NCBI RefSeq assembly: GCF_001194135.2
Contig: NC_068988.1
Location: forward strand, 94,429,435-94,493,434
Direction of reading: 5' to 3'
DNA: 64,000 nt
DNA from: Octopus bimaculoides
Taxonomy: Eukaryota
Shown here in pieces: positions 1 to 13,173 of the stretch (position 1 is its first letter; each line of letters starts with the position of its first letter). The position numbers and the translations under genes are program-made. The notes beneath the pieces were generated by a model. It saw only the letters and a program-made list of their open reading frames with translations, had not been told where the DNA came from and made no database searches.

Positions 1-479
1 CCCCACCACATATCTGTCCTCTTTTTTCTTTTCGTTCTAATTCTCCCCTCTCCCCCTTTCTCCATCTTCCTCTGCCCTCCACCCGTCCACCCGTCCATCC
101 GCCCCGCCCTCCCTTCTCTCCTACCACGTGCCTGTCTCCATACTTGTTATTGTTGTCCTTCTTCTTGCTGGTGGGGTGAGGGTGGTGGTGGTGGTGGTCA
201 TGGTGGTGGTCGTGATGACGGTATTGTTGTTATTGTTTGGTTGATATTGCTATTAAAGTTTCAGTAAGTTGTAGGTCAGTATCCAGTGGAAACGTATTCG
301 GCATTCGCCTCTTATCGGTTCTCTTTCTTTCTTTATTTCTTACCAAATTTTCTTCTTTTTTTCTTTTTTCATTACAACTTCATTTATTTTTCTTCTTTTT
401 AAAATATTTCCTTCTCTTCTTTATTCTCTTCGTCTTTCTTTCTCTTTCTATCTTTCCCCCCTTTATCTCCCTCTCTCTT

Positions 480-525
<46 letters not shown>

Positions 526-634
526 ACACACACACACACACACGCACACACTTCTTTCACACTTATTAATTTCTACAAGCATTGCTAACTTTGCTGTTGT
601 CATCCCAGCAGCAGTAGCGCTACTCTTTCTTACG

Positions 635-693
635 ATCATCATCAGCATCATCATCATCATCATCGACAACACCACCATCATCACTATCACCAA

Positions 694-726
<33 letters not shown>

Positions 727-780
727 TATCATCATCACCATCATCACCATCACCAGCATCATTCTCATCACCATCATCAC
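635..780. repeat. (ATC)n/(ACC)n degenerate trinucleotide microsatellite
   Basis: Direct reading of catcatcat runs; explains the poly-M/poly-D ORFs at 463-904. Confidence 0.95.
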
Positions 781-1496
781 AACGCTGGTGTTGAGGAATT
801 ATGGTTTTTATTTTCTTTCTGATGACGTCCATGGCAGTGCAGATGATTAAAATGTTGAGGTTCATCCTTGTCAAGATCTTGTCAAATATTCCGACCATGA
901 CCACCTTGGCTTTTAAATATCAATCTCTAATGTCCAATGTGTTCTCTCTTTATAAACAGTAACAACGTAGATTTGCGGGAGGTATTGCCGTGATTTTTGA
1001 GCGACCATGCGGTGCTTGCTCCCTCGTTTGTTCAAGGTGTTAAGGGATGGTGAAGAAAGTGAAAGCGATTTATAATGTGCGTGGTTAATCTTTTTCGTGA
1101 TGCGGGAAGGCAGCGACCAGAGGGCGACACAGGACTTCCGAGACAGGACGGAGGGACGCATGACGGTAACTGCAAACCGGAAGCCTGGTCTGCAAACTGG
1201 CAGCAAAGTAGGCTAAAAGCCCACAAAGTGTAAGGTGCAACGCTGGATTAACCAGTGAGCAAAATAAGCACGTGCTTAGGCCACCAACAAAAGTGGGGGA
1301 TGGGAGGGGCACCCAGATTCTTGTGTTGGACCGGCCAAACTAATCTCGTGAGTAATGCCCGATCCAGTTGCCTTCAATTGTTATCAGCTTGCTGCCAATT
1401 CTGGGAACTTCGGGCACATGTGGCTGTCTGGTAAGAAGTTCGCTTCGCAACCAAACAATTTTCCTCAGCTAGATTAATTCTCAGAAAACAGGTTCC

Positions 1497-1829
1497 CGTA
1501 AAGATAAAAGGCAAAGTCGACCTCGGCGGAATTTGAACTCAGAACATAACGGCAGACGAAATACCGCTAAGCATTTCGCCTGGCGTGCTAACGTTTCTTA
1601 TTTCTTTACTGCCCACAAGGGGCTACACACAGAGGGGACAAACAAGGACAGACGAACGGATTAAATCGATTATATCGATCCCTGTGCGTAACTGGTACTT
1701 ATTTAATCGACCCCGAAAGGATGAAAGGCAAAGTCGACCTCGGCGGAGTTTGAAATCAGAACATAGCGGCAGACGAAATACCGCTAAGCATTTCGCCCGG
1801 CGTGTTAAAGTTTCTACCAGCTCGCCGCC
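1497..1829 (-). mobile_element. tRNA-derived SINE family 1, head-to-tail dimer
   Basis: Minus strand starts ggcggcgagctggtagaaac (A-box-like); B-box GTTCAAATTCC is clear in the second unit; body gaggtcgactttgcctttcatcctttcggggtcg; a second unit follows directly. Same sequence recurs more than 10 times in the window. Confidence 0.9.
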
Positions 1830-2045
1830 TTCTGCCGAGTAATATCATCAGAACGAAAAATAAGAACAGTTTTGAGAAGTGTTTATTCACCATTACATGT
1901 TTTCCATTTGCTAATAGGCGTTACAAAATTGTTCATGTAGTAGAAAACACGTAAGATATCTCTTACTAGAAATTCTGCAAACCAAGAATCCAATAATATT
2001 ATTTGTGTGCGCGTGTCTGCATCTATATATATGTAAATATATATT

Positions 2046-2240
2046 GGCGGCGAGCTGGCAGAAACGTTAGCGGGCAAAATACTCAGCGGTATTTCGTCTG
2101 CCGTTACGTTCTGAGTTCAATTTCCGCCGAGGCGGACCTAGCCTTTCATCCTTTCGGAGCCGATTAAATAAGTACCAGTTACGCACTGAGGTGGATGTAA
2201 CCGACTTAATTCCATTGTCTGTCCTTGTTTGTCCCCTCGT
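2046..2240 (+). mobile_element. tRNA-derived SINE family 1
   Basis: ggcggcgagctggcagaaacgttagc head, gttcaatttcc B-box, gcctttcatcctttcgg body, gtctgtccttgtttgtcccc tail. Confidence 0.9.
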
Positions 2241-2577
2241 GACATTTAAGAAGTATTTGGAACGCCATGTGTAGCCTTAAACATGAAAGGAGTTATCTTT
2301 TACCGAGAACCTGTTCTTTTAGAGCCCATGTTTGCTTCCACATCTCTAGAGTTAAAAAGATGTCAGATACATAGAGAGAAAAATCAAAACTAGGAAACAA
2401 ATTGGCTTCCAAAAGTACTTAATTACGTCTCTCTTTAACATCACTCTTAGACATTTCTCTTAGACGTCTCTCTTGGACGTAATTAAGTTTCTCCTAGACG
2501 TATTTGATGAAAATTATTGCCATATCTTCTCTGAAACATACATGCATACACACACACACACACACACATGCGCGTTT

Positions 2578-2830
2578 GTTGTTTTATTCTTTTACTTGTT
2601 TCAATCAATTAACTACAGCCATGCTGGAGCATCGCTTTAAAGGGTTTAGTCGAAGAAATCGACCTCAGATCTTATTCTTTGTAAGCCTTGTACTTATTCT
2701 ATCGGCCACTTATGCCGAATCGCTAAGTTACGGTGACGTAAATACACCAATTCAGTTGTCAAGCGGTGGGGGTGGGACAAGCACAGACACAGAGACACAC
2801 ACATACACATAAATACATACACACACACAT
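2578..2830 (-). mobile_element. SINE family 2, 3' half
   Basis: Reverse complement matches the 3' half of the near-complete copy at 49966-50397 (cttacaaagaataag...cgactaaa...ctccagcatggc...gaaacaagtaaa). Confidence 0.85.
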
Positions 2831-4979
2831 ATATAGAGAGAGAGACAGACAGTCAGACAGATTTATGCATACACTCGCACGCAAGCATGCACGTGCACAG
2901 CACCCACACACACATATATATGTATTTGCACGAGAACTTGTGTTCATACGTTTATATTTATGGTGGTTTTTATGTCTGTGCATAGATATCTTTATGTCTA
3001 GTTCTTATCTGGCCACAACTCTAGACATTTCCATCTACATATACTTGCATTTGTTATCTATGAATATATATATATATAGCTCATGGCATATTTTTATGTA
3101 TCGTTTTGCTTCAATTAATAAGAAAAATCAAAAAACGCAATCTAAAATACTCCAGGTATAATGTCCTAGACTGACTAAATAAAACTCTATATTATATTAT
3201 TTGTATCTATTTGTATCCAGAAAATAAGAACACAATGATCTATAAAGCTGACTGAGTTGATCCCACGCATAATTACAAAGGCGTTCATTTTGAAACCAGG
3301 TGTCCGCCAATTAGTTTTACTTCCGTCTTTATATAGAGAAACCGATGTGTGCAAATATCAGTGCTTTTATGTGTCACCGAGCAATTTAACTTTATATGAA
3401 GCAATAAAATTTAATCAAACCTGAAATCATTTTTTAATGAATCGCTATATAAAATTATTCTTTTTACTTTCATTCTTTTGAAGTAATATTTCTCATATGT
3501 AGAGAAAGATTTAAGAATTCTAGAGAGATTACACAGACATTGTTCAATTAATGTTGGCGAGTGAGTAAAAATGCATCCACAAGTGTATAGTAAAATAATT
3601 CCAATTTATTTATTACCCTTTTTTCTCAACATTTCTCCCTCATCTTTATTTGTTATATTTTTGAGCAAAAACTTCTGAGGAGAAAAAAAAAACATTACAA
3701 ATAACATGATGAAAATAAGAAATATATTGATAAGAATGTGCTACATGAGTTTATACCTACTCAGTAAGAAAATACAATAAAAAAGAAAAAAATTCCCTGT
3801 TTAAAAGAATCGGACAGTCAGTCCCGCGAGGTTTGATGTTAGTCATTAACTGCTCGTCTGTTGCAGAGAAAATGTATCAGGACCGTGTTGTGTTTGTCTG
3901 CAATTGTTGTCCAGAGAATGTTAGCCTGTGGCATAGCGAGACCCCCGACTCGAAAGGCAATTGGTTCTCTTATGCGGCTATACAGAGCAATTTACTGCGA
4001 GTTTGCCTCACTGCTGAAATGGGCTGCCCATTTTACACAGATTGCTATATCACTTCTCCTTTTGCAACCCCGTGACTCACCCAGGCCGAGTGACAATTAC
4101 TAAAAATAAATTTGCTGAGATAAAGTAGTCTGCATTGAACGGTTCGAACCGCCAATTTTCGCCCTATGGACACAAATATAATTTTCTGTTCAAGTGTTCT
4201 GCCCCTAAGTGAATTTTGTGACGTGAAAATGATGGATAAGAAAGACAGAGCCAAGCTAACAGTAATGGGAAGAAAGTGAATCAGAACGGAGCTGCAAAAA
4301 GTAAAACCAGACAAGGAAGGGGAATTACGCAGGGGAGGGGGGAATGCAAAAAAGGGGGAAAAAAAGCAAAACAAATTCTATTTAGTGATTAGCAATGATT
4401 AGAGAATTTATTAGCAGCGTTTCGAGGAATAGAGAATAAAGAGAATTGTACTGCGTGTTAAGAAAGAATAGGATAAAATTTAGAAGAACGGTGATAATAT
4501 TTAGAATGTTCGCTATCAACCTGAAGAGCATTAACGGGTAGATACCATGCCTTAGATACTATACATATTACTGATATAAAAGAAAGATAGGAAGTTGGAT
4601 AAGCACAGAAATATCTTTAATAAGTCGACTTTAGTAAAAGTCAAGGGAAAATACGTAAATAAGAGGGGAAATCTTTGACAGAAATAACAAAGTGATAGAG
4701 TGGAGGAAATATAAATGAAGAGGAGATGGATAAACGTGGCGTTGTAAAATGGGTGACCTCGGAAACTGAGACCAGGGGACGGAGAACAGGAGACAGAGAC
4801 AGTAGAAGAGAAGAAAAGATTGAGATTCGCGTAATACTGAAATAATCTATGGGTCCTTTACCTATGTATGCAAATATGTAAGGATTTATTTTTGTAAGAA
4901 TGTATATAAATATAAACATAAGTATAAATAATTGATACAATACGACCATCACCAAGTATAACAAAATATATATATTTGC

Positions 4980-5011
<32 letters not shown>

Positions 5012-5351
5012 NNNNNNNNNNNNNNNNNNNNNNNNNNNNNNNTGTATGTATGTATGTATGTATGTATGTATGTATGTATGTATGTATGTATGTATGTATA
5101 TATATATGTATGTATGTATATGTATGCATGTATGTATGTAACTTACAGATAGTTGTGAAGTCGAAATTAACAAAACTGAGACTTGTCCACAGTAGAGAAC
5201 AGCAGATTGAATCAAGAACATTGCAGTGGAGAGAGTTTATTAACGAAACAACTAAAAGATTTTCTCTTTTTCTCAGACTTTGAATCGCCTTTTAGTTTCA
5301 ATTTAATATTTTCCCCCTCTTTCCAACACGATATCTCATTATGAAGAGGTT

Positions 5352-5382
<31 letters not shown>

Positions 5383-6257
5383 GTTATCCCACGATAAAAT
5401 ATGATATTTAAGTGACTTTGCCTTCTAAACAAAGTTAAAATTACTCAGCTGCAGTTTAAATTATGTAAATTATCGACTAGAATCCATTAGGGAAAATTTA
5501 TATATGTTTTATATTAGTCAAAGCTTTTTCTGTCATAAAAAGAATACGCAAAATTCACCACAAAAACACAAAACAAATATAAATGTTTGATTGTTTACTT
5601 ACTTTTATTTTATTTTAATTATTATTATTATTTTTTTTTTTTTTTTTTTTAGGAGTGACCACAGAATATTTATCAGACACTATTCAAAGCTTTCTTTCTT
5701 TCTGCTTGCCCTTTGTGGTTTCAAGATAAAGAAAGGAAAATGAATCAAAACTACATGAATGGATTAGTTAACTTCTCTCAGAAGGAACAATTGAATAGTT
5801 CAAGAGAGAAAAGCTAACCTTTATATAGAATAAAACAAGAAGGGAAAACAGAAATAAAGAAAGATCATTAATCAGAATAAATCAATGCATATATATGGAT
5901 TTCTCACCAAAATTGTTAATCAATTTCTATTGTAGCGGCAACTTTACATTTATTCGACCGGACATATATCCGTCTGACTTTCGATCTACACGATAAAATA
6001 CAGTGCTTGTGTCTGGCGGTGGCTGTGGTGGTGGTGGTGGTGTTGGTTTTGGTGGTGGTGGTTGTGGTGGTGGAGGGTTGTGGTTGTGGGTGAGGTGAAT
6101 GGTGTTATATGGGGGTCAATTATTTATTAAAATATGTTTCGGGGGGTATAGTTTTAGTTATTAACAATCCAGTTGCGAATATTTACTAAATAGCTCCACA
6201 AGCACACACTGACACACACCAATCCACATGAAAACACACACACACACACAGAGTCAC

Positions 6258-6261
<4 letters not shown>

Positions 6262-6290
<29 letters not shown>

Positions 6291-6378
6291 TGTATGTATG
6301 TATGTATGTATGTATGCATGTATGTATGTATGTATGTATGTATGTATGTATGCATGTATGTATGTATGTATGTATGTA
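6262..6378. repeat. (TATG)n microsatellite
   Basis: Direct reading; similar tracts at 5043-5140 and 30290-30320. Confidence 0.95.
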
Positions 6379-8139
6379 GCTATATATTTGTTTCTAGCTT
6401 CACAAACAAGAGCAGAGTACTCAGTGCAGTGCTGTAGAGTATAGTTGTGAAGAGTCAGTTATTGAGGCTGTCGCTTCTTAGAGTTGCTCGTTTGACTCGA
6501 AGTCTCCGAAAATAAAGCTCACACAATGCACACATCTACGCACACGCACACACATATGAAATTGAATGCAAATACATTAATAAATTCCTAACAGTTGCTT
6601 CATTTCATCACTTCTTATGCATATTCCGAAGGAGAAAATGCTACAAAGGCAACATGCTTATATAAACCCGGGTCCGTGCGTATCACGCCAGATGGACGAT
6701 GGGAAGGATGACTCCCCTTTGCAAATACCGACAAGGCACAGAAAGTGTGTCAATAGCCAGCTGGAGGAGATGTTCTCCTGGGGCTACAAGCTACAGTAGC
6801 ATTCATCCTTAGGGTTTAGCCGCATTTAAGTGGCAAATATACTTCACGTATGTCTATACTACTTAGACTGCTAAAACCATTCATACTTTAATGTAAATTA
6901 TTTTATAATTTCCATATTAGTAGTCTGGTTGACCGTTAGGGCACCACTGATGACTTTGCGACTAGATCCCTCCACGTGTCTCTCTCTTTTGATTGTTCCC
7001 TGAAGGATTGTTTTGGCCATCCCTGATGAGCGAGTGACATGCCCAAACCACATGAGCTTGCGTTTCTTTATTGTGGTAAAAACGAATGGTTTACACCTGG
7101 TAGCTTACTGGTAAAGCACGGTCACTTTAACAGGGATCATTATGTATATGGCAAACGAAAGACGGAAGATAGAATATACGAGAATTTATCATTAATAATG
7201 ATAATTGATTCGACACATCTAACATCGATCCCTCACGGGTGGAAACACTCAAAAAATGATTCAGAAGCATCCGGTGGTGCAGATGTGTCCCCTCGTTAAA
7301 ATAGTCCCACAATGCATCTTCTCATTTTGTAGAAAGGAACGCAACAAAAGTGTATACTTTTTGCTATGGCACCTTTTTTCCCGAGTCGAGTCTATATCTA
7401 GCGAAAAACATTTGCCCATTTCTTTACAGAAGCCGATTGAAAGCTAATGACACTTGTATCCGTTCATATGTATTATTCAGGCTGTTTGTTTGTGCCTGCG
7501 CATTTGTGTCTGTGTGTCTGCGTTTATATCACAGAAATTTTAAGCTGTTACAGTATTCTTCATTTCGCAGAGTTTTTATGGTGATGAAAAAAGTTATTTG
7601 TTTCAAACTATCTGAATGACTAGTTATTCCATGACTTAGAATGTTGAATGTAAAAGATGGCAATCGACAAGATGTGGCTAAGAACTACCAAATCTTCTAT
7701 ATCTATACTACACAAACGATTTGTATTTTTATGTAAACTATTTCATATTTTCAACATCATTTATGGCAGCAATTGTTTGTTGGAAACTTGTAGAGCCTTA
7801 GAATCTAGCTGAATTGTATGATGACAGAAAGATGTAAACTGCAGAAAGGTTCCGAAATCTGGTTCTGCTGGCAAATTTTTGTTAATCAGAAAACTGTAAG
7901 CTTGTTCATTAGGGTGTTGTAATTTCATCTGATAGCGCAAAAGAAAATCTATAACTGGAAACAGGCAAATTAATGGTAGATACTTTGTGTATGGACACAT
8001 TGCTTAATATACGTGAATGTGTGCTCATGGATATACACAAATACATACATAAATATATGGGTGCATATACATATCTGTCTAATATATATACATATAAATA
8101 GATAGATTGTTGATAGATATATGTATGTTTGTATATAAG

Positions 8140-8141
<2 letters not shown>

Positions 8142-8224
<83 letters not shown>

Positions 8225-8225
8225 G

Positions 8226-8315
<90 letters not shown>
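8142..8315. repeat. (TATC)n/(TGTC)n followed by (TA)n compound microsatellite
   Basis: Direct reading. Confidence 0.95.
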
Positions 8316-8320
<5 letters not shown>

Positions 8321-10240
8321 ATAAAATTCAAAAACTATTAAAAAGCACTTAGGCACTTAAAGTAACTGATGCTATTTTAAAAAGGAGTCTGTAATGGATA
8401 TTAATTTTTTATGTAAGTCGAAGTGAAAGTAATATAAAAGAGAGAACAATAGAAAGAGAAAGTGATGAGACAAAGATTACTTGCCATATATGCGTATGTG
8501 TATGTATTATACATATATATACATATATATACATATATATACATATATATATATATATACCTACATAATATACACACACACACACACACATATATGCATA
8601 TATGTATATATATATGTATATATATCATATCTTACTTTTATAGGAGATACAGCTAATCACATTTTTCTTACCAGTTATTAATTTTCAAAATGCCAAATAT
8701 TATTAATAGCTGTCTAACTTTATATTAATTACAAATTTACACGTTAATTTAAATAACATTTCTACAAGACAATAATCGTTTTTATTATATTATTGAATCA
8801 ATTTGAGCGCAGTGCATTAAAATTAGACGATCTCTGCTACATAACATCAAATTGTAAATTTGAAATATTTTACCATAATATATTTTTTTTAATTTTTAAT
8901 TCATTTATGTGTTTTAGCGACTTTCAAGTATATTATTTACTATATATATATATTTATAATTAACACAATTAAATTTTAAACCATGTGCAACTTGCATTTT
9001 TCAGATTAAATATTAAATTTATTTCTACATGGATATGAAATTCTTTCAGATATGGCTATTGTCGTAAAAGACTAAAACTGTCATTTGTGACAGTGGAGAC
9101 ATAAAATACAGGAGTTGATAATAAATCTAAGAAATTTATATTTTGGCGATAGCATTAAAACCTGTTTTACTTAGCAGTGATATAACAACTTTTTTTTTAT
9201 ATCTATTAAAAATCGGAGTTTGCTACAAATGATGAGTTTTGAGAAATTGTAAAGAAGTGGATTTATTCTAATCAGGATAAAAAGTAGATTAAATCATATT
9301 CGTTATCTTGCTTAAAGTTAATCAACTCTTGGCGACTAAATAATATTTACCACTTTCACGCGTTTTTCTAATTCGAAGTAAAATTTTACTTTGGCTGAAA
9401 TAATTAAGTTAGTAATGTATTACAATCTACATGGCTGCAAGAAGATTTCATCCCACACACGTAACCATCAGCGCTTTTATTTCGCTTTCATATCTGCTTT
9501 CATATTTATATTTAATCCGTTTATCGTTTCCAAAACGCTTAATCTCACTTCTCACACGCACTTTTAGCTTCGTATCTCGATTAATTGAAAAAGTAATGAT
9601 TTTTTTTAATACGTATATACTAACAGATTCGTCGCCCTTGTGGCGCTTTTCTGCCAGTTGCTAAATTATATTTACACATTCGATTCCTACTTACTGTAAT
9701 TTTCTCAGTTATGTTATGTCTAATTTTTCTTTCCATCTTTCATTCGTCTTATAGTACTCACTCGCGCAGTTAATTTTGGGCATAACTACAGAAATGTGCC
9801 CCGTCAACTTTGTTGCCTTGTAACTTTATGAAAAATGGATAAATGCAATAGAATTATGAAAGAAATATATATTCAATAATTAGTGCTAGCATTGTACTCC
9901 TCTTTCAACAGATATATTTCTTTCAGAGAATTTTCGGGTGAGGGTAAAATAGCCCTCAAAAGTTTTTTTTCTTTTTTTTTAACGTAACTGTACATCAAAA
10001 TGTATAGGAAAAACAAAGTAGAGATGCGTGAAATATCGATCTCACCATCTTTTAATTCCGATAGAATTGTAATCTACGCTATCTGAAAAATACATGTAGA
10101 AAGTTTTGTTAAAGTTCAGAAAGTTATGAGGAAACAAAATCGAATGTGAAGGAATACATTACTTTAGTTATGAGCAATTGATGAAAATGGAAACGACTTT
10201 TCTTCATCAACTTTCTATTTCTTCAACAACACCCAAGGAA

Positions 10241-10618
10241 CAGGGCCAGGTTTATAGGGTGGCGAAAGGGGCGGTTGATATTGGGGACTCCCTGCTTCGA
10301 GGGGTATGTATCACTCAATACAGGGAGGCCCCCCACCACCTCCCAGCAATCAAGCAAGAAGAGGCTCTCTTTCAATTTACAAAGGTATCTTGACTTCTCA
10401 GAAATTTCAACGGATTCTCTTTTATGATAAATAACTGCAGATTTTGCTACCTTAGAGACATCAATGAATTCAGTTAAAAACAGTTTACTACCCAGTTACA
10501 TGAAATGGATGGGTTTTGAGATTTAAATTTAGTAATTTTCCAAGATTTTAATTCTTGTGTTTGAAGGGCCCACAGAAATTGTATTGCTCCGGGCCCCCAT
10601 GGTTTAAATCCGGCCCTG
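10241..10618. mobile_element. Non-autonomous hAT-like MITE
   Basis: Terminal inverted repeats cagggccaggttta (10241) and taaatccggccctg (ending 10618); flanking 8-mers ccaaggaa / ccaacaaa (6/8 identity) fit a decayed 8-bp TSD. Confidence 0.75.
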
Positions 10619-10822
10619 CCAACAAATATGAATAGATATTGAAATCAACAAAATTTGGTTGACGTGAATTAAACTTATTAGCAAGTAGCGATGCCAATAT
10701 TTGGGCAACAATTATATTTCCAGAAGTATAAACAGACGTTATAATACGCTAACCAACAGTAAATTGAATAAGATTTGTGACTTGAAATATTCAATAATAA
10801 AAGAATGCCCAAAACCATATTT

Positions 10823-10855
<33 letters not shown>

Positions 10856-11079
10856 NNNNNNNNNNNNNNNNNNNNNNNNNNNNNNNNNNNNNNNNNNNNN
10901 NNNNNNNNNNNNNNNNNNNNNNNNNNNNNNNNNNNNNNNNNNNNNNNNNNNNNNNNNNNNNNNNNNNNNNNNNNNNNNNNNNNNNNNNNNNNNNNNNNNN
11001 NNNNNNNNNNNNNNNNNNNNNNNNNNNNNNNNNNNNNNNNNNNNNNNNNNNNNNNNNNNNNNNNNNNNNNNNNNNNNNN

Positions 11080-11138
<59 letters not shown>

Positions 11139-11879
11139 ACTCTAATATGAACACATGTCTTTAAGTTCCACTTTATTGATTACCAAACCCCAGAGTTACT
11201 CCTAATCTTGAAAACACGATTTTCTTTGCAATTAATTCGCAGTTTCTTTACACTATCCCGCTTCTTTTTGAGACTCACTCCGAAGTATCCGTCATTCCGT
11301 ACATCATTGTCTATCTGCATTATTTAAATATATGATAACTGCATTTTAGCATTGTTTCCGCTTGACATACTAAACTTTCACTAAAGCCCTGTTAAAGATG
11401 CTCTGTTAAAGACATACCTGTCTACGGATGTATTGGTCAGTGTCCCACAAATAATATCAACATGCGGAATAATTTGAGGCTAGAACAATGGAACTGAGTA
11501 CCGCTGTGATATAGTGATTTCACATCATCAATAAGAATCGGACTTGCAGAGTCACTCAATTTAGCTCTAAATCTATTTGTCTCTAAATCATTGCCATTTC
11601 ATAAATACAGATTTATAAGTTTACAAAGTACTAGGATGATATGAGTTCTTAGCTGATATTATCAACTAAAATCGATATATATTTACATTATTTTATTTTC
11701 CCCTTTTTTTAAGTCATAAGACTGAGGGCATTTTGGGGCAGCAACATAAACGTCCATCAAATTGACCCCAGGGCTTCTTTTAAATCTGGTACATATTCGA
11801 TCTTTTTTGCCAAGAGGGCGTAAACAAACTGCTTGTGAGAGACTAACACAAACAAGCACACACGCTCACCCACTCACGC

Positions 11880-12020
11880 ATGTAAGCATTTGCACACAAT
11901 GGCCTTCTGCATAGTTTCCGTCTCCGAAATGCAAGATATTAGCCAACCTGAGACTATAGGAGACACTTGCCCTAGGAGACCACCTGATTGCAGAGGGAAC
12001 TTGTATAGCGTCGAAAAGAG
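11880..12020 (-). mobile_element. Degenerate SINE family 2 copy
   Basis: Reverse complement gggcaagtgtctcctatagtctcagg...ggagacggaaact matches gcaagtgtcttctactatagcctcggg...gtagacggaaac of family 2. Confidence 0.55.
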
Positions 12021-12112
12021 TAAGCTTACCTTATTTCTTAACATTAAGTTTTTTCATAAAAACTAGTTAGCTCCTCTTTGATGCTGGCCCACTCTTTGTG
12101 TGTGACTCCCTT

Positions 12113-12152
<40 letters not shown>

Positions 12153-13128
12153 ACACACACACACATACACACACACACATATATATATATANNNNNNNNN
12201 NNNNNNNNNNNNNNNNNNNNNNNNNNNNNNNNNNNNNNNNNNNNNNNNNNNNNNNNNNNNNNNNNNNNNNNNNNNNNNNNNNNNNNNNNNNNNNNNNNNN
12301 NNNNNNNNNNNNNNNNNNNNNNNNNNNNNNNNNNNNNNNNNNNNNNNNNNNNNNNNNNNNNNNNNNNNNNNNNNNNNNNNNNNNNNNNNNNNNNNNNNNN
12401 NNNNNNNNNNNNNNNNNNNNNNNNNNNNNNNNNNNNNNNNNNNNNNNNNNNNNNNNNNNNNNNNNNNNNNNNNNNNNNNNNNNNNNNNNNNNNNNNNNNN
12501 NNNNNNNNNNNNNNNNNNNNNNNNNNNNNNNNNNNNNNNNNNNNNNNNNNNNNNNNNNNNNNNNNNNNNNNNNNNNNNNNNNNNNNNNNNNNNNNNNNNN
12601 NNNNNNNNNNNNNNNNNNNNNNNNNNNNNNNNNNNNNNNNNNNNNNNNNNNNNNNNNNNNNNNNNNNNNNNNNNNNNNNNNNNNNNNNNNNNNNNNNNNN
12701 NNNNNNNNNNNNNNNNNNNNNNNNNNNNNNNNNNNNNNNNNNNNNNNNNNNNNNNNNNNNNNNNNNNNNNNNNNNNNNNNNNNNNNNNNNNNNNNNNNNN
12801 NNNNNNNNNNNNNNNNNNNNNNNNNNNNNNNNNNNNNNNNNNNNNNNNNNNNNNNNNNNNNNNNNNNNNNNNNNNNNNNNNNNNNNNNNNNNNNNNNNNN
12901 NNNNNNNNNNNNNNNNNNNNNNNNNNNNNNNNNNNNNNNNNNNNNNNNNNNNNNNNNNNNNNNNNNNNNNNNNNNNNNNNNNNNNNNNNNNNNNNNNNNN
13001 NNNNNNNNNNNNNNNNNNNNNNNNNNNNNNNNNNNNNNNNNNNNNNNNNNNNNNNNNNNNNNNNNNNNNNNNNNNNNNNNNNNNNNNNNNNNNNNNNNNN
13101 NNNNNNNNNNNNNNNNNNNNNNNNNNNN

Positions 13129-13173
<45 letters not shown>

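Noticed and set aside
237-904. ORFs rich in M, D, L, SL, HT
   Set aside because: Translations of (CAT)n, (CT)n and (CA)n microsatellites.
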